This document shows positions 35,911 to 45,107 of a stretch of DNA of 64,000 nucleotides, in pieces. Position 1 is the stretch's first letter. Every line of letters begins with the position of its first letter. A program made the translations under genes and the position numbers. The notes below the pieces were generated by a model. It had not been told where the DNA came from. It was given only the letters and a program-made list of their open reading frames with translations, and did no database searches. Origin of the DNA: Candidatus Micrarchaeia archaeon (lineage in GTDB: Archaea; Micrarchaeota; Micrarchaeia; Anstonellales; Bilamarchaeaceae); assembly GCA_041653635.1 (NCBI GenBank), contig JBAZFC010000001.1:265111-329110 (forward strand), written 5' to 3'.

Positions 35911-36812
35911 ACACCCCTCAGGCCCTTCTGGTAGCCTGAATCATAAAGCTCCTTGTATTTTCCTATTCCGGCATCTATGCCCAGAATCCTTGTCTTGAGG
36001 AGGCCTTTTGCCTTGGAAATATCCAGCGAGCAGTCGCTTGGGCGCTGCGCCTTGAGCGCCTCCACTTCGGACATCCTTTTCGGGACGACGAGCGAGCTGT
36101 CAAAGCCGAACCTTTCTGCGAAGCGCAGGGCGAACTCGTATTTGGAAACCCTCCCGTCCCCTGCCACGTGCATGGTGCCTGTGAAGCTGCCTGCGGCCAG
36201 CTCAAGTATCGCCTCGGAGAGGTTGTTCGCGAGTATCGGGGAGAAGAAGAAATCAGTGAAGGCGGTTATCTTCTCGTTGTTCAGGAATTTTGCGTGCAGC
36301 CATTCCGAGAAACTCAGCTTGTCCTGGATGTTGAAGCCGTAGAAGTTGGTCCTCACGACCACGTGGCCGGGGAAGCCCGCGGCGAGCTTCTCCGCTTCCA
36401 CCTTCGTCCTGGAATAGGCGTTCAGCGGGCGGGCGGGCTCGCCCTCGCTGTGGAAGGGCTTCTCCCCGCCGAAAACGGAATCCGTGGACATGAGGATGAA
36501 CCTGTTGCCGAGCCCATTGCACGCCTCCAGCAACCTTGCGGTGGCGCCCACGTTGAGGAGATGCGCCTTTCCCTGGTCCGCCTCGCACCCGTCCACGTTC
36601 GTGAAGGCGGCGCAGTGGGCGACGCAGTCGGGCTTGAACTCCCTGAGGATGGAGAAATCTCCGGAGAGGAGGTCCATGCGCTGCATCCTGCAGCCCTTTA
36701 TGGAAACGGGGTGCTCGTTGTAGGCGGCAAGCACGTCAATGCCACGCTGGGCTGCGATGTAGGCGAGGTTGGCCCCGAGGAGGCCGCTGGCGCCGGTTAT
36801 CAGTAGCTTCAT
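35907..36812 (-). CDS. RmlD-like SDR reductase
   Basis: Start MKLLITGASGLLG at 36812. HCAAFTNVDGCE, STDSVF and YSRTK motifs. Confidence 0.85.
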   Translation of the reverse strand: MKLLITGASGLLGANLAYIAAQRGIDVLAAYNEHPVSIKGCRMQRMDLLSGDFSILREFKPDCVAHCAAFTNVDGCEADQGKAHLLNVGATARLLEACNGLGNRFILMSTDSVFGGEKPFHSEGEPARPLNAYSRTKVEAEKLAAGFPGHVVVRTNFYGFNIQDKLSFSEWLHAKFLNNEKITAFTDFFFSPILANNLSEAILELAAGSFTGTMHVAGDGRVSKYEFALRFAERFGFDSSLVVPKRMSEVEALKAQRPSDCSLDISKAKGLLKTRILGIDAGIGKYKELYDSGYQKGLRGV

Positions 36813-36949
36813 CAAAAATCCCCAAATCCGGGGCGGCGGAATGGGCCGCTCCCTCGTTAGATATCCATACTTCTTTTTAAATTCCTTCCGAGGGCGGCTG
36901 CGCCACGGTTTTAAACTCTTGCAACCAAATTTATCCAGGGCTGATTTGG

Positions 36950-37399
36950 ATGATTGATGGGGTGGAAGTAATACCGCTGAAAAAGATATGCGACGAGAGG
37001 GGCAGGATAATGCACATGATGCGCTCGGACTCGCCATATTTCACGAATTTCGGGGAGGTCTATTTCTCCACCGCATATCCCGGGATAATAAAGGGCTGGC
37101 ACATCCACAAGAAGATGACGCAGAATTATGCGGTCATAAGCGGGATGATAAAGCTGGTGCTTTACGACGACAGGCAGGGCTCAAAGACAAAGGGCCAGCT
37201 CATGGAGCTTTTCATTGGCGAGGACAACTACTGCCTTGTGAAGATACCGCCCATGGTGTGGAACGGGTACAAGGGGATTGGGACAAAGGAGGCCATACTG
37301 GCGAACTGCCCGGACATGCCCCACAACCCGGACGAAATAATGAGGAAGGACGCCTTCAGCAAGGACATCCCTTACGACTGGGGCATAAAATACAGGTGA
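36950..37399 (+). CDS. RmlC-like NDP-4-keto-6-deoxysugar 3,5-epimerase
   Basis: DERG, GIIKGWHIH, LYDDRQGSKT and IPP motifs. Confidence 0.85.
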   Translation: MIDGVEVIPLKKICDERGRIMHMMRSDSPYFTNFGEVYFSTAYPGIIKGWHIHKKMTQNYAVISGMIKLVLYDDRQGSKTKGQLMELFIGEDNYCLVKIPPMVWNGYKGIGTKEAILANCPDMPHNPDEIMRKDAFSKDIPYDWGIKYR

Positions 37400-37403
37400 G
37401 GGC

Positions 37404-38288
37404 TTGCCTACGCTGGTCATAGGCGCATCCGGGCTGGTAGGGTACGAGTTCTATAGGCAGAACAAGGGAAAGAAGGGTTGGTTTTTCACCTACCGCTCTG
37501 TGAAGGTGGATGATTTTCTGCAGCTGGATGCGAGCGACGCAGGGCAGGCGGAGAAACTAGTTTCGGAATTGAAGCCGGACACTGTCATTTTGCCCGCCGC
37601 GATGGCGTGGGTGGACAAATGCGAGAGGGAGCCGGAGCTGGCGAGGAAAAATAATGTAGAGTTGCTCCAGAACGTGATAGATGCGATGAAGAGGCACGGC
37701 GGGAGGAGGATTGTGTTCTTCTCTACGGATTACCTTTTTGACGGGAAGGGCGGGCCATATTCCGAGGATGCGGAGCCAAACCCGCTGAACGTATATGGAA
37801 AGATAAAGCTGGAATGCGAGAGGATGCTGGAGAATTCCGGGCTGGATTACATCATACTCAGGACCACTGGCATATTCGGCTGGGAGAAGCAGGGGAAGAA
37901 CTTTTTGTACAGGATTTTTGACACGCTCGGCAAGGGAAAGCCCATAGAGGTCCCCAACGACCAGTATGCAACGCCAACGTATGTGAAGGATATCGTGGGG
38001 GCGGCGATGGCGCTGCTTGAGAAGGGGCAGACGGGGACGTTCAACGTGGTGGGCCCGCAGTACATGAACAGGGTGGAGCTGTCGCAGAAGTTCGCGAAGG
38101 GGTTCGGGTTTGACGGCGGGCTAATTGTCGGCAAGCCCACCTCGGAATTCAAGTCCGCGGCCCCGAGGCCCATGAAGGCGGGTTTCAGGATAGACAAGAT
38201 ACTGGGGCTCGGGATAAGGATGCGCACCGTGGAAGAAGCGGTAGAGGATATGAAGAGAAGGAAGGAAGAAGACGATAAGTACGAATGA
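37404..38288 (+). CDS. RmlD-like SDR reductase (TTG start)
   Basis: GASGLVG, VDKCE, STDYLFDG, PLNVYGKIK and DQYATPT motifs. Confidence 0.87.
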   Translation: MPTLVIGASGLVGYEFYRQNKGKKGWFFTYRSVKVDDFLQLDASDAGQAEKLVSELKPDTVILPAAMAWVDKCEREPELARKNNVELLQNVIDAMKRHGGRRIVFFSTDYLFDGKGGPYSEDAEPNPLNVYGKIKLECERMLENSGLDYIILRTTGIFGWEKQGKNFLYRIFDTLGKGKPIEVPNDQYATPTYVKDIVGAAMALLEKGQTGTFNVVGPQYMNRVELSQKFAKGFGFDGGLIVGKPTSEFKSAAPRPMKAGFRIDKILGLGIRMRTVEEAVEDMKRRKEEDDKYE

Positions 38289-38297
38289 TGATGAAAG

Positions 38298-39302
38298 TCA
38301 GAGCTTGCTCTCTATGCAGAGCTTGCATGCAGGAATTGTCTCAAATTTTCCGGCGAGGTGGATTTCCCTCAGCGCCTGCAGCTTCCTTGAGTGCCACGCC
38401 TCCTTGAGGGTCATGGTGTGCGCATTGCCGAGCGCCAGCGTGTTCTCGTAATCCACGCAGCAGGGCATTATTGTCCCGTCCCAGCGTATCACGAGGCGCT
38501 GGAAGAGCTGTGTGCAAATGAATTTCTTCGGCTTCTCCTTGAATTCGCTTGAGCTGGATTTGAGGGAGTTGTCCTGGAGCTTGCCCGGGTTTATGTATTC
38601 CTGGATGGCGATGTGGTTCACCTTGTCCTTCCAGAAATTCACGAACGGCTCCACCTCGTGCTCGTTCAGGCTCATGCGGATGAAGCTGAGCCGCACAATC
38701 GGGTAGCTGAGCCCCCGCTTCTTTTTCAGTTCAAGGAATTTCAGCACGTTGGCGACTACCTTGTCGTAATCCCCGCCTATGCGTATCTTCTCGTAGCTCT
38801 CCTTGGAGAACGCGTCCAGCGAAACAGTGAACTTGGTTATCCCCGCGTCAAGGAGGCGCTGGGACGTCTCCTCGGTGAGGAGGGAGGCGTTTGTGTGCAG
38901 GATGCGGTCCGGTATGCCGGCATCTGTCGCATATTTTATCAGTTCAACAAGGTCGGGCCTGAGGAGCGCCTCGCCCAAATCCCCGAAATCCACGGAGAGG
39001 AGGCCCTCCCGCTTCCCCTCGTCTATTATCTTCTTGTATAGTTCGGGCTCCATGACCTGCCCCTGGTTCTTAATGTTCATGGCGGTCCTTGGGCACATGA
39101 CGCATGCATAGTTGCAGGTCATGTTCAGCTCCACGTCTATGTGCATGGGGAAGTCCGTGACCGTGAGCTTCTCATTGACTTCGTTCCACTTCTTCCGGTA
39201 GGCGTGGTATTCCGGCGGGAGGTCCTTGTCCCCTCCGGGTATGCACTGGATGTCGCTGAGGAAGAAGGAATTGTCTTTGCGGGTTTTCTGCTCTTCTGCC
39301 AT
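38298..39302 (-). CDS. Radical SAM / SPASM-domain protein
   Basis: CNYACVMCP, GEAL and TNA motifs, plus C-terminal C..LFQRL.IRWDG...PCC.D...GN...W...C..C. Confidence 0.9.
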   Translation of the reverse strand: MAEEQKTRKDNSFFLSDIQCIPGGDKDLPPEYHAYRKKWNEVNEKLTVTDFPMHIDVELNMTCNYACVMCPRTAMNIKNQGQVMEPELYKKIIDEGKREGLLSVDFGDLGEALLRPDLVELIKYATDAGIPDRILHTNASLLTEETSQRLLDAGITKFTVSLDAFSKESYEKIRIGGDYDKVVANVLKFLELKKKRGLSYPIVRLSFIRMSLNEHEVEPFVNFWKDKVNHIAIQEYINPGKLQDNSLKSSSSEFKEKPKKFICTQLFQRLVIRWDGTIMPCCVDYENTLALGNAHTMTLKEAWHSRKLQALREIHLAGKFETIPACKLCIESKL

Positions 39303-39450
39303 AAGAACCACTAAATGGTATGTGCCTGATAAAATTAGCCACGGAACGGTTTAAATCCGTTCCGGGAAGGGGATGGCGCGGAACGGGCGGCGGGGATATC
39401 GTTTATTAAGATTCGCGGCAGCGTATAAATACGCAAGACCGGGGTATCGC

Positions 39451-40848
39451 ATGGTAAACTGTTCAATGTACTACAGCACATTCAGGGAGGAGAAAGGGAA
39501 TTACCTCATCCGCCTCCCGAAACTGCTCCCCAAGGATTGGAAGCTGCACGTGCTCTTCAGGTACAAGTATGCCGGGTTGGACGCCCCGGACATGGCGGGG
39601 ACAGGCAAATTCTATCTGTACGATAATTTCAGGGACCTCGGCGAGGAGGAGGTGGGGGAGGCGGAGAAGCTGGTCGCGACGCCGTTTTCGCTCATCCGGC
39701 TGATGGCGAAGACCGCGTTCCTGCGCTACCCAAACATGAAGAACCTCCCGGACGACAAGTTCCTGGCGAACTGCGCGATTGCCTGGGACAGATTCTTCAC
39801 CACCAGGAAGATAGACATGTACCTTGCGGGGCTCATAGACGAGACGTCGGGCATAGTGGGGCTTGAGGTCGCAAAAAAGAGGGGGATGCCGATAATAATG
39901 CTGCACCCGAGCCGCTTCACGAACATGTTCTTCATCTGCGACGGGAATTATGCGCCGATATTCTGGAAGAAGCTCGGAAAAGAGGAAGTGGAGGCGCAGT
40001 ACGCGGAGGCGAGGCAGGAAATCCTTGGGGAGAAGATAATCAACGCGCACATATCCAACATAGCCACGAACACGTTTGACCTGACGAGGTTGGGGACGCT
40101 CCTGCAGCTCCTGCTCGCGATTCCGAGGAACTTCTACTACTACCATGTGAAGATACCGGCCCAGGACAGGAAGCTCTGGTATTCAACCGAGGAACTGGTT
40201 GCCAGGCAGGTCAGGTATTTCATAAGGTCCAAAATGTATGGGATGTACATGAGGAAGGGCATCCCGAAAGGGGAAAAATACGTCTTCTTCCCGCTGCATT
40301 TCACCGACGATGCGGCGCTCACCGCGAAGTTCGCGGTGGACAGCCAGTTTGAGATAATTGAGAAGATTGCGAAACTGCTGCCGCATGATACGTACATATA
40401 TGTGAAGCCGCACCCGCACTGGAAGGCGTGCGACGTGCCTGTAAGCGTAATGAGGCGCATGGCGAAGAACCCGAAGATAAGGCTGCTCACCTACAAGGCG
40501 GACACGAAAAAGCTGGTAAGGGGCGCGGAATTGACGGTCATAATAAATTCCGCGGTCGGGATGGAGGCGCTCCTCGCGGGAAAGCCAGTGGTGGCCTTTG
40601 GCCAGGATTACCCCCCGGACGTGATTCCGCGGGTGAGGCACGTGACGGAGATATTTGATGCGGCGAAGAGGCAGGCGCCCTTGGAAACGGTGAAGAGGTT
40701 CGTGGCAAACATGCGCGCCCACTCCTTCCCCATAGACAGCTCCGTGTTTTCCACGGCGGAGATACACCGGGATGGAGACATAAGGGTAATAGTGAAGCAC
40801 TTTGAGCAGGCGTACGATTCCGTGAAAGCGGGGGGAAGGAAGAGATGA
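39451..40848 (+). CDS. KpsS/capsule-synthesis-like protein (putative CMP-ulosonic acid transferase)
   Basis: YVFFPLH..DDA, YVKPHP and INSAVGMEALLAGKPV motifs. TATAAA at 39424 favours ATG 39451. Confidence 0.72.
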   Translation: MVNCSMYYSTFREEKGNYLIRLPKLLPKDWKLHVLFRYKYAGLDAPDMAGTGKFYLYDNFRDLGEEEVGEAEKLVATPFSLIRLMAKTAFLRYPNMKNLPDDKFLANCAIAWDRFFTTRKIDMYLAGLIDETSGIVGLEVAKKRGMPIIMLHPSRFTNMFFICDGNYAPIFWKKLGKEEVEAQYAEARQEILGEKIINAHISNIATNTFDLTRLGTLLQLLLAIPRNFYYYHVKIPAQDRKLWYSTEELVARQVRYFIRSKMYGMYMRKGIPKGEKYVFFPLHFTDDAALTAKFAVDSQFEIIEKIAKLLPHDTYIYVKPHPHWKACDVPVSVMRRMAKNPKIRLLTYKADTKKLVRGAELTVIINSAVGMEALLAGKPVVAFGQDYPPDVIPRVRHVTEIFDAAKRQAPLETVKRFVANMRAHSFPIDSSVFSTAEIHRDGDIRVIVKHFEQAYDSVKAGGRKR

Positions 40849-42245
40849 ATATTGCATTCTACACCGGGACCAGCTTTGACCTTGAGGAATACAAAACAAA
40901 GATAATTGGAAGCATGGGCCGCGGGAATGAAATCATCGTGGCGAAGCGGTTCCCGAAGCCGCTCGGGCTTGCGAATGCGAAGGAGGAATATATCCACTCC
41001 GACGAGGTTTTTTCCAGAAAGCCGGCGAAAAAGGAGATGGCGGAGGCGGAGCGATCGCTGGGCATACCGTTCCCGCTCCTGCTCAGGTACTGGTACAACT
41101 GGGACAGGAAAAAGGAGAAAAACCGGGCCGCCATGCTGGAGCACTATGCCGCGATAACGCAGTATTTCCTGTATTGGAGGAAATTCTTCTCAGAAAACAG
41201 GACACACGTCTTCGTCACTACATATGAGAGCACATTCCCGGAAATCGTGAGCGTGCAGGTCGCGAGGAGCATGGGGATAAAGGTAATCTACATCTACGGG
41301 GGGAGGGTGAGCGGCTCCCTTATGCTGTGCGATGCGGACTGTGCCCCGATTTATTGGAAGAAGATTACGGAGAAGGAGAAGGGCGAGATATATTCCATGC
41401 TTAGGGAGCGCTACAACGCGAGGAAGGCCGCGGAAAATTTGAACGTGGCGAAGGATGTGAGGAAATACTCGGATTATTCCCTTGGGAACATTGCCTACAA
41501 ATTAGGGCGGCTTGTTTCCTACTGGAGGAACTATTACGCGATGCCGAAGATGGACAGGATGCGCACCATAAGCCCGTTCAAGCTCCTGTACAAATACCTT
41601 GAGGGGCAGGCGCGGCAATACTATTCAATGCGGCTGTGCAGGGACTGGGACTACAGGAACATGAATTATTTCCTTTTCCCGCTCCAGTTTGACGACGAGG
41701 CGAACGCTTCCTACCAGGAGGCGTTCCTGAGCCAGTTTGACGTGATAAAGGCGGTGTCCCTGAGCCTTCCGATTAATCATTATCTCATCATAAAGCCGCA
41801 CCCGCACTGGAAGAACAGGGACATCCCGGTTGGAAGGATGAAGGAGATGATGGCGCTCCCGAACGTGCGCATGATTTCCCCGGACGTGAGCACGATAGAC
41901 CTCATAAACGGCTCAAAGGGGGTGTTCATAATAAACTCCACTCCGGGGTACGAGGCAATCGTGCTCGGGAAGCCGGTGGTAACGTTCGGGCACGACCTTC
42001 TTTTCTCAGGGAAGGAGCCGGTGATAACCGTGCACGACATGAACAAACTGCCGGGAGTGGCCGCGAAGCTCGCGAACGGCGGGATAAGGCCGGACGAGAA
42101 AAAGGCGAAGGAGCTGGTCGCGAGGTACTACAAGCACCTGATTTTCCTGGAGGGGAGGTTCGGCATGAACAGGATAGACCTCACGGACAAGGACGCAAAG
42201 AAGATGGCCCGGGCGCTGGAAGAATGCATAAGCGCGATTGCTTAA
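40845..42245 (+). CDS. Second KpsS/capsule-synthesis-like protein
   Basis: YFLFPLQFDDEA, IKPHP and INSTPGYEAIVLGKPV motifs. Paralogue of the previous gene. Confidence 0.72.
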   Translation: MNIAFYTGTSFDLEEYKTKIIGSMGRGNEIIVAKRFPKPLGLANAKEEYIHSDEVFSRKPAKKEMAEAERSLGIPFPLLLRYWYNWDRKKEKNRAAMLEHYAAITQYFLYWRKFFSENRTHVFVTTYESTFPEIVSVQVARSMGIKVIYIYGGRVSGSLMLCDADCAPIYWKKITEKEKGEIYSMLRERYNARKAAENLNVAKDVRKYSDYSLGNIAYKLGRLVSYWRNYYAMPKMDRMRTISPFKLLYKYLEGQARQYYSMRLCRDWDYRNMNYFLFPLQFDDEANASYQEAFLSQFDVIKAVSLSLPINHYLIIKPHPHWKNRDIPVGRMKEMMALPNVRMISPDVSTIDLINGSKGVFIINSTPGYEAIVLGKPVVTFGHDLLFSGKEPVITVHDMNKLPGVAAKLANGGIRPDEKKAKELVARYYKHLIFLEGRFGMNRIDLTDKDAKKMARALEECISAIA

Positions 42246-43142
42246 TTAGAAAACGCCCGCCGCGCTGAGGGCGAAGACGATTATTGTTGAGATTACGCTT
42301 GTGAGCACTATTGAGTCCATTACTAATTTTTCCAGCTTGAGGCCGAGCGAATCTATTATCACGAAATTGGAAATGGCAACGGGCATGAGGGATAGGAGGA
42401 GGATTTCCTTTCCTGAAGAGAGCAGCCCCGCATAGGCGAGGAGCGCCCAGGTTATGAGCGGGAATATCAGGCATTTCGCAGCGGCTATGGAAAGAAGGTT
42501 CCTGTCCAGGGATATGCTGAACTTGTCCGAGAGGAAAAGGCCCATCGCAACGAGCGAGAGGGGCGTGGTGAGGGAAGAGAAGCCCTCCAGAAAAGGCATG
42601 AGGGCGGAGAGGTTTATCTGGAAGGCGAGGGAGAGGGCGCCGGCGATGGTGAATATTATCACGGGATTATAGAATGCCTTCCCTATGGCTGCTTTCTTCC
42701 CGTCCGTCCCGAGGAGGATGTAAATCGCGGGCAGGAGCAACGCGAAAACGAACAGGTTGTAGATGGAAACGTAGATGCCCGTGAGCGGGAGGGCGCCCTC
42801 CCCAAGAATCATCTGGGTGAAGGGGAAGCCGAAATACACTATGTTGCCGAAAAACCCGCAGATAAGCAGGCAGTAGAAGACGCGCCTTTCAAGCCGGAAG
42901 GCGTATGAGATTAGGAAGCTCAGCGCCATGGAAATGAGGAAGCTTGCGAGAAGGACGGCGACGAGCAGGTATAATGCCTGGGGGATGGTGACTCCGGAGA
43001 AGGAGGCGAGGATGGATGCGGGCAGGCAGATATAGAATACTATGTTTGCGAGCACCTTGTAGTCCTGGCTTTTTGCCAGCCCGGCGCGTGCGGCAAGATA
43101 GCCGGAAACAAGGAAGAGGGCGAGGAGGATTAGCTGTTCCAT
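42246..43142 (-). CDS. AEC (auxin efflux carrier) family permease
   Basis: VFYICLPA, FGNIVYFGFP, NPVI, PLSLVAMG and MPVA motifs; about 10 TMs. Confidence 0.85.
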   Translation of the reverse strand: MEQLILLALFLVSGYLAARAGLAKSQDYKVLANIVFYICLPASILASFSGVTIPQALYLLVAVLLASFLISMALSFLISYAFRLERRVFYCLLICGFFGNIVYFGFPFTQMILGEGALPLTGIYVSIYNLFVFALLLPAIYILLGTDGKKAAIGKAFYNPVIIFTIAGALSLAFQINLSALMPFLEGFSSLTTPLSLVAMGLFLSDKFSISLDRNLLSIAAAKCLIFPLITWALLAYAGLLSSGKEILLLSLMPVAISNFVIIDSLGLKLEKLVMDSIVLTSVISTIIVFALSAAGVF

Positions 43143-43146
43143 ATGC

Positions 43147-44202
43147 CTAAACCTTCATTTCCAGCATCCTGAGGTCGCCGTCCACCTTCCCTTCCGAGAT
43201 GAGCCTCTTTATGCTCTCCACGTCGTAGAACCTCTTGTCGGAGAACGTCTTGTAGTCCAGCTTTATCTCGTTGAAGTAATCATAGAGCTGCTTTATGCCC
43301 TTGCGCACGGTCCAGGAGGGCCTGAATCCCTTCAGCGTTGAGTTTATCTTCCTGAAGGAGACGCGGTAGGAGCGCGGGTCTATGGGGGCGTCTTTGCCGA
43401 CCTCCAGCTCGCAGTTGGGGACTATCTCCTTCACCATGTTTGCGATATCTATTACCTTGTAATTCTCGGAATCCATCCCAATGTTGAATGCCTGGCCGCT
43501 CACCGCGTCCTCCGGCGCCTCAAGCGCGGCAAGGACCGCCTTTGAGCAGTCCTCCACGTGCAGGCTCGGCCTCCAGGAGGTGCCTGCGCTAAGGAGCTTC
43601 ACCTTCCCGGTGGTGTATGCCCAGCCTGTGAGGTTGTTCACCACGAGGTCAAAACGCATCCTGTAGGAAAGGCCGAAGACCGTGGCGTTGCGCATGAAGG
43701 TTGGGGAGAAATTCCTGTCCTTGAGCTTCCCAGCCTCCTGCTCCACGCCTATCTTCGCCTTCGCGTATGCGGATACTGGGGCCAGCGGAGAGGACTCGTC
43801 CACGAAATTGTCGCCCTTCTGGGCCCCGTATATGGAGCATGAGGAGGCGAAAACGAAGCGCCGGATTCCGGATTCCTTCGCAAGCTTCGCAAGGCGCGCT
43901 GGCGAGAGGTGGTTTATCTGGTCGGTCCATGCAGGATTGAGGTCCGAGGCAGGGTCGTTCGCAAGCCCGGAGTAATCCACCACCGCGTCGCATCCGGCGA
44001 GGTCCTCCCTGGAAATGTCGCGCACGTCCTTGAATATCTGCCTGGAGATGCTCTCCCTTATGCTGGTTTCTGCATCCCCGCGGAGGAAGCCGTCCTTGTA
44101 ATAGCCGCAGTCGCAGCCGACCACCTCGTGGCCCGCGGAGCGCAGCACGCGCGACATCGTCGTCCCTATGTATCCCAGGTTGCCTGCAAGAAATATTTTC
44201 AT
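43147..44202 (-). CDS. NAD-dependent sugar epimerase/dehydratase
   Basis: GNLGYIG, SSCSIYG, YAKAK and RNATVFG..RMRFDLVVN motifs. Downstream of rfbF. Confidence 0.88.
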   Translation of the reverse strand: MKIFLAGNLGYIGTTMSRVLRSAGHEVVGCDCGYYKDGFLRGDAETSIRESISRQIFKDVRDISREDLAGCDAVVDYSGLANDPASDLNPAWTDQINHLSPARLAKLAKESGIRRFVFASSCSIYGAQKGDNFVDESSPLAPVSAYAKAKIGVEQEAGKLKDRNFSPTFMRNATVFGLSYRMRFDLVVNNLTGWAYTTGKVKLLSAGTSWRPSLHVEDCSKAVLAALEAPEDAVSGQAFNIGMDSENYKVIDIANMVKEIVPNCELEVGKDAPIDPRSYRVSFRKINSTLKGFRPSWTVRKGIKQLYDYFNEIKLDYKTFSDKRFYDVESIKRLISEGKVDGDLRMLEMKV

Positions 44203-44206
44203 ACAA

Positions 44207-44959
44207 TCATTCCTCCAGATGCGTCCATGGCGGCTTGCCGCGGAAATCCGTGTGCGGCATCACGCCGGTGCGCCACAGTGCGTTCAGCCGGTCCACGTCC
44301 TTCGCAGTGTCCATCGCGGTCCAGAAGCCATCGTGGCGGTAGGCGGCCAGCTCGTTGTCCGCGGTCATTTTCCTTAGGGGCTCCTCCTCCAGCACGCAAT
44401 TGTCGTCAAGGTAATCAAAAACATCCTTGTTGAACGCGAAGAAGCCGCCGTTTATGTAGCCGGGGAGGAAGGGCTTCTCCTTGAATGCAGTGACCGCGCC
44501 TTCCTTGCTTATCTCAACCATCCCGAACGGGGACATGGTGTGCACCGCGGTGAGGGTGCCGGCCTTGCCGTGCGCCTTGTGGTAGGCAAGCAGCTTCCTT
44601 AGGTTTACATCCGCGAGCCCGTCGCAGTAGGTTGCGAAAAAACTCTCCCCTAAGTATTTCTCGGAGCGCTTCACCCTGCCGCCCGTGTTCGTGTCCTCGC
44701 CGGTTTCCGAGAAGGTTATGTCAAACCCCTCGGTTCCTTCCGGTTTTTTTCCGAAGTATTCGCGTATGAGGTTGCCCTTGTGGCCGATTGCGATGACGAA
44801 TTTGTTGAAGCCGTAGAACGAGTAAATCTTCATGACATGGACTATGACCGGGTATGGGCCTATGGGAACGAGGGCCTTGGGGATGGTGTCGCTGTAATCG
44901 CGCATGCGCATGCCCTTGCCGCCCGCGAGTATGAGGGCCGGTATTTGCGTAGCTGCCAT
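44207..44959 (-). CDS. rfbF: Glucose-1-phosphate cytidylyltransferase
   Basis: LAGGKG.R, PKALV, TNTGGRVK, TYCDG, INGGFF and HDGFW..MDT motifs. Confidence 0.85.
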   Translation of the reverse strand: MAATQIPALILAGGKGMRMRDYSDTIPKALVPIGPYPVIVHVMKIYSFYGFNKFVIAIGHKGNLIREYFGKKPEGTEGFDITFSETGEDTNTGGRVKRSEKYLGESFFATYCDGLADVNLRKLLAYHKAHGKAGTLTAVHTMSPFGMVEISKEGAVTAFKEKPFLPGYINGGFFAFNKDVFDYLDDNCVLEEEPLRKMTADNELAAYRHDGFWTAMDTAKDVDRLNALWRTGVMPHTDFRGKPPWTHLEE

Positions 44960-45107
44960 AATAACACTAAACTAAGATTCCAAGAATTGGTTTAAAACCA
45001 TGATGGGCGGGCCAAGCGGCGTGCAGGGTTTCCCGCGCCCTTAAGGGCACGTATCCCCTGGCATTCTGCGGGCATGCGCGTTATTTAAAAAGAACCTGCC
45101 GAGATTA

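Noticed and set aside
36813..37037. N-terminal extension of the RmlD-like ORF, and similar extensions at 5503-5622, 14356-14472, 39373-39450 and 60108-60326
   Set aside because: They cross promoters or neighbouring genes, and the family motifs begin at the downstream ATG.
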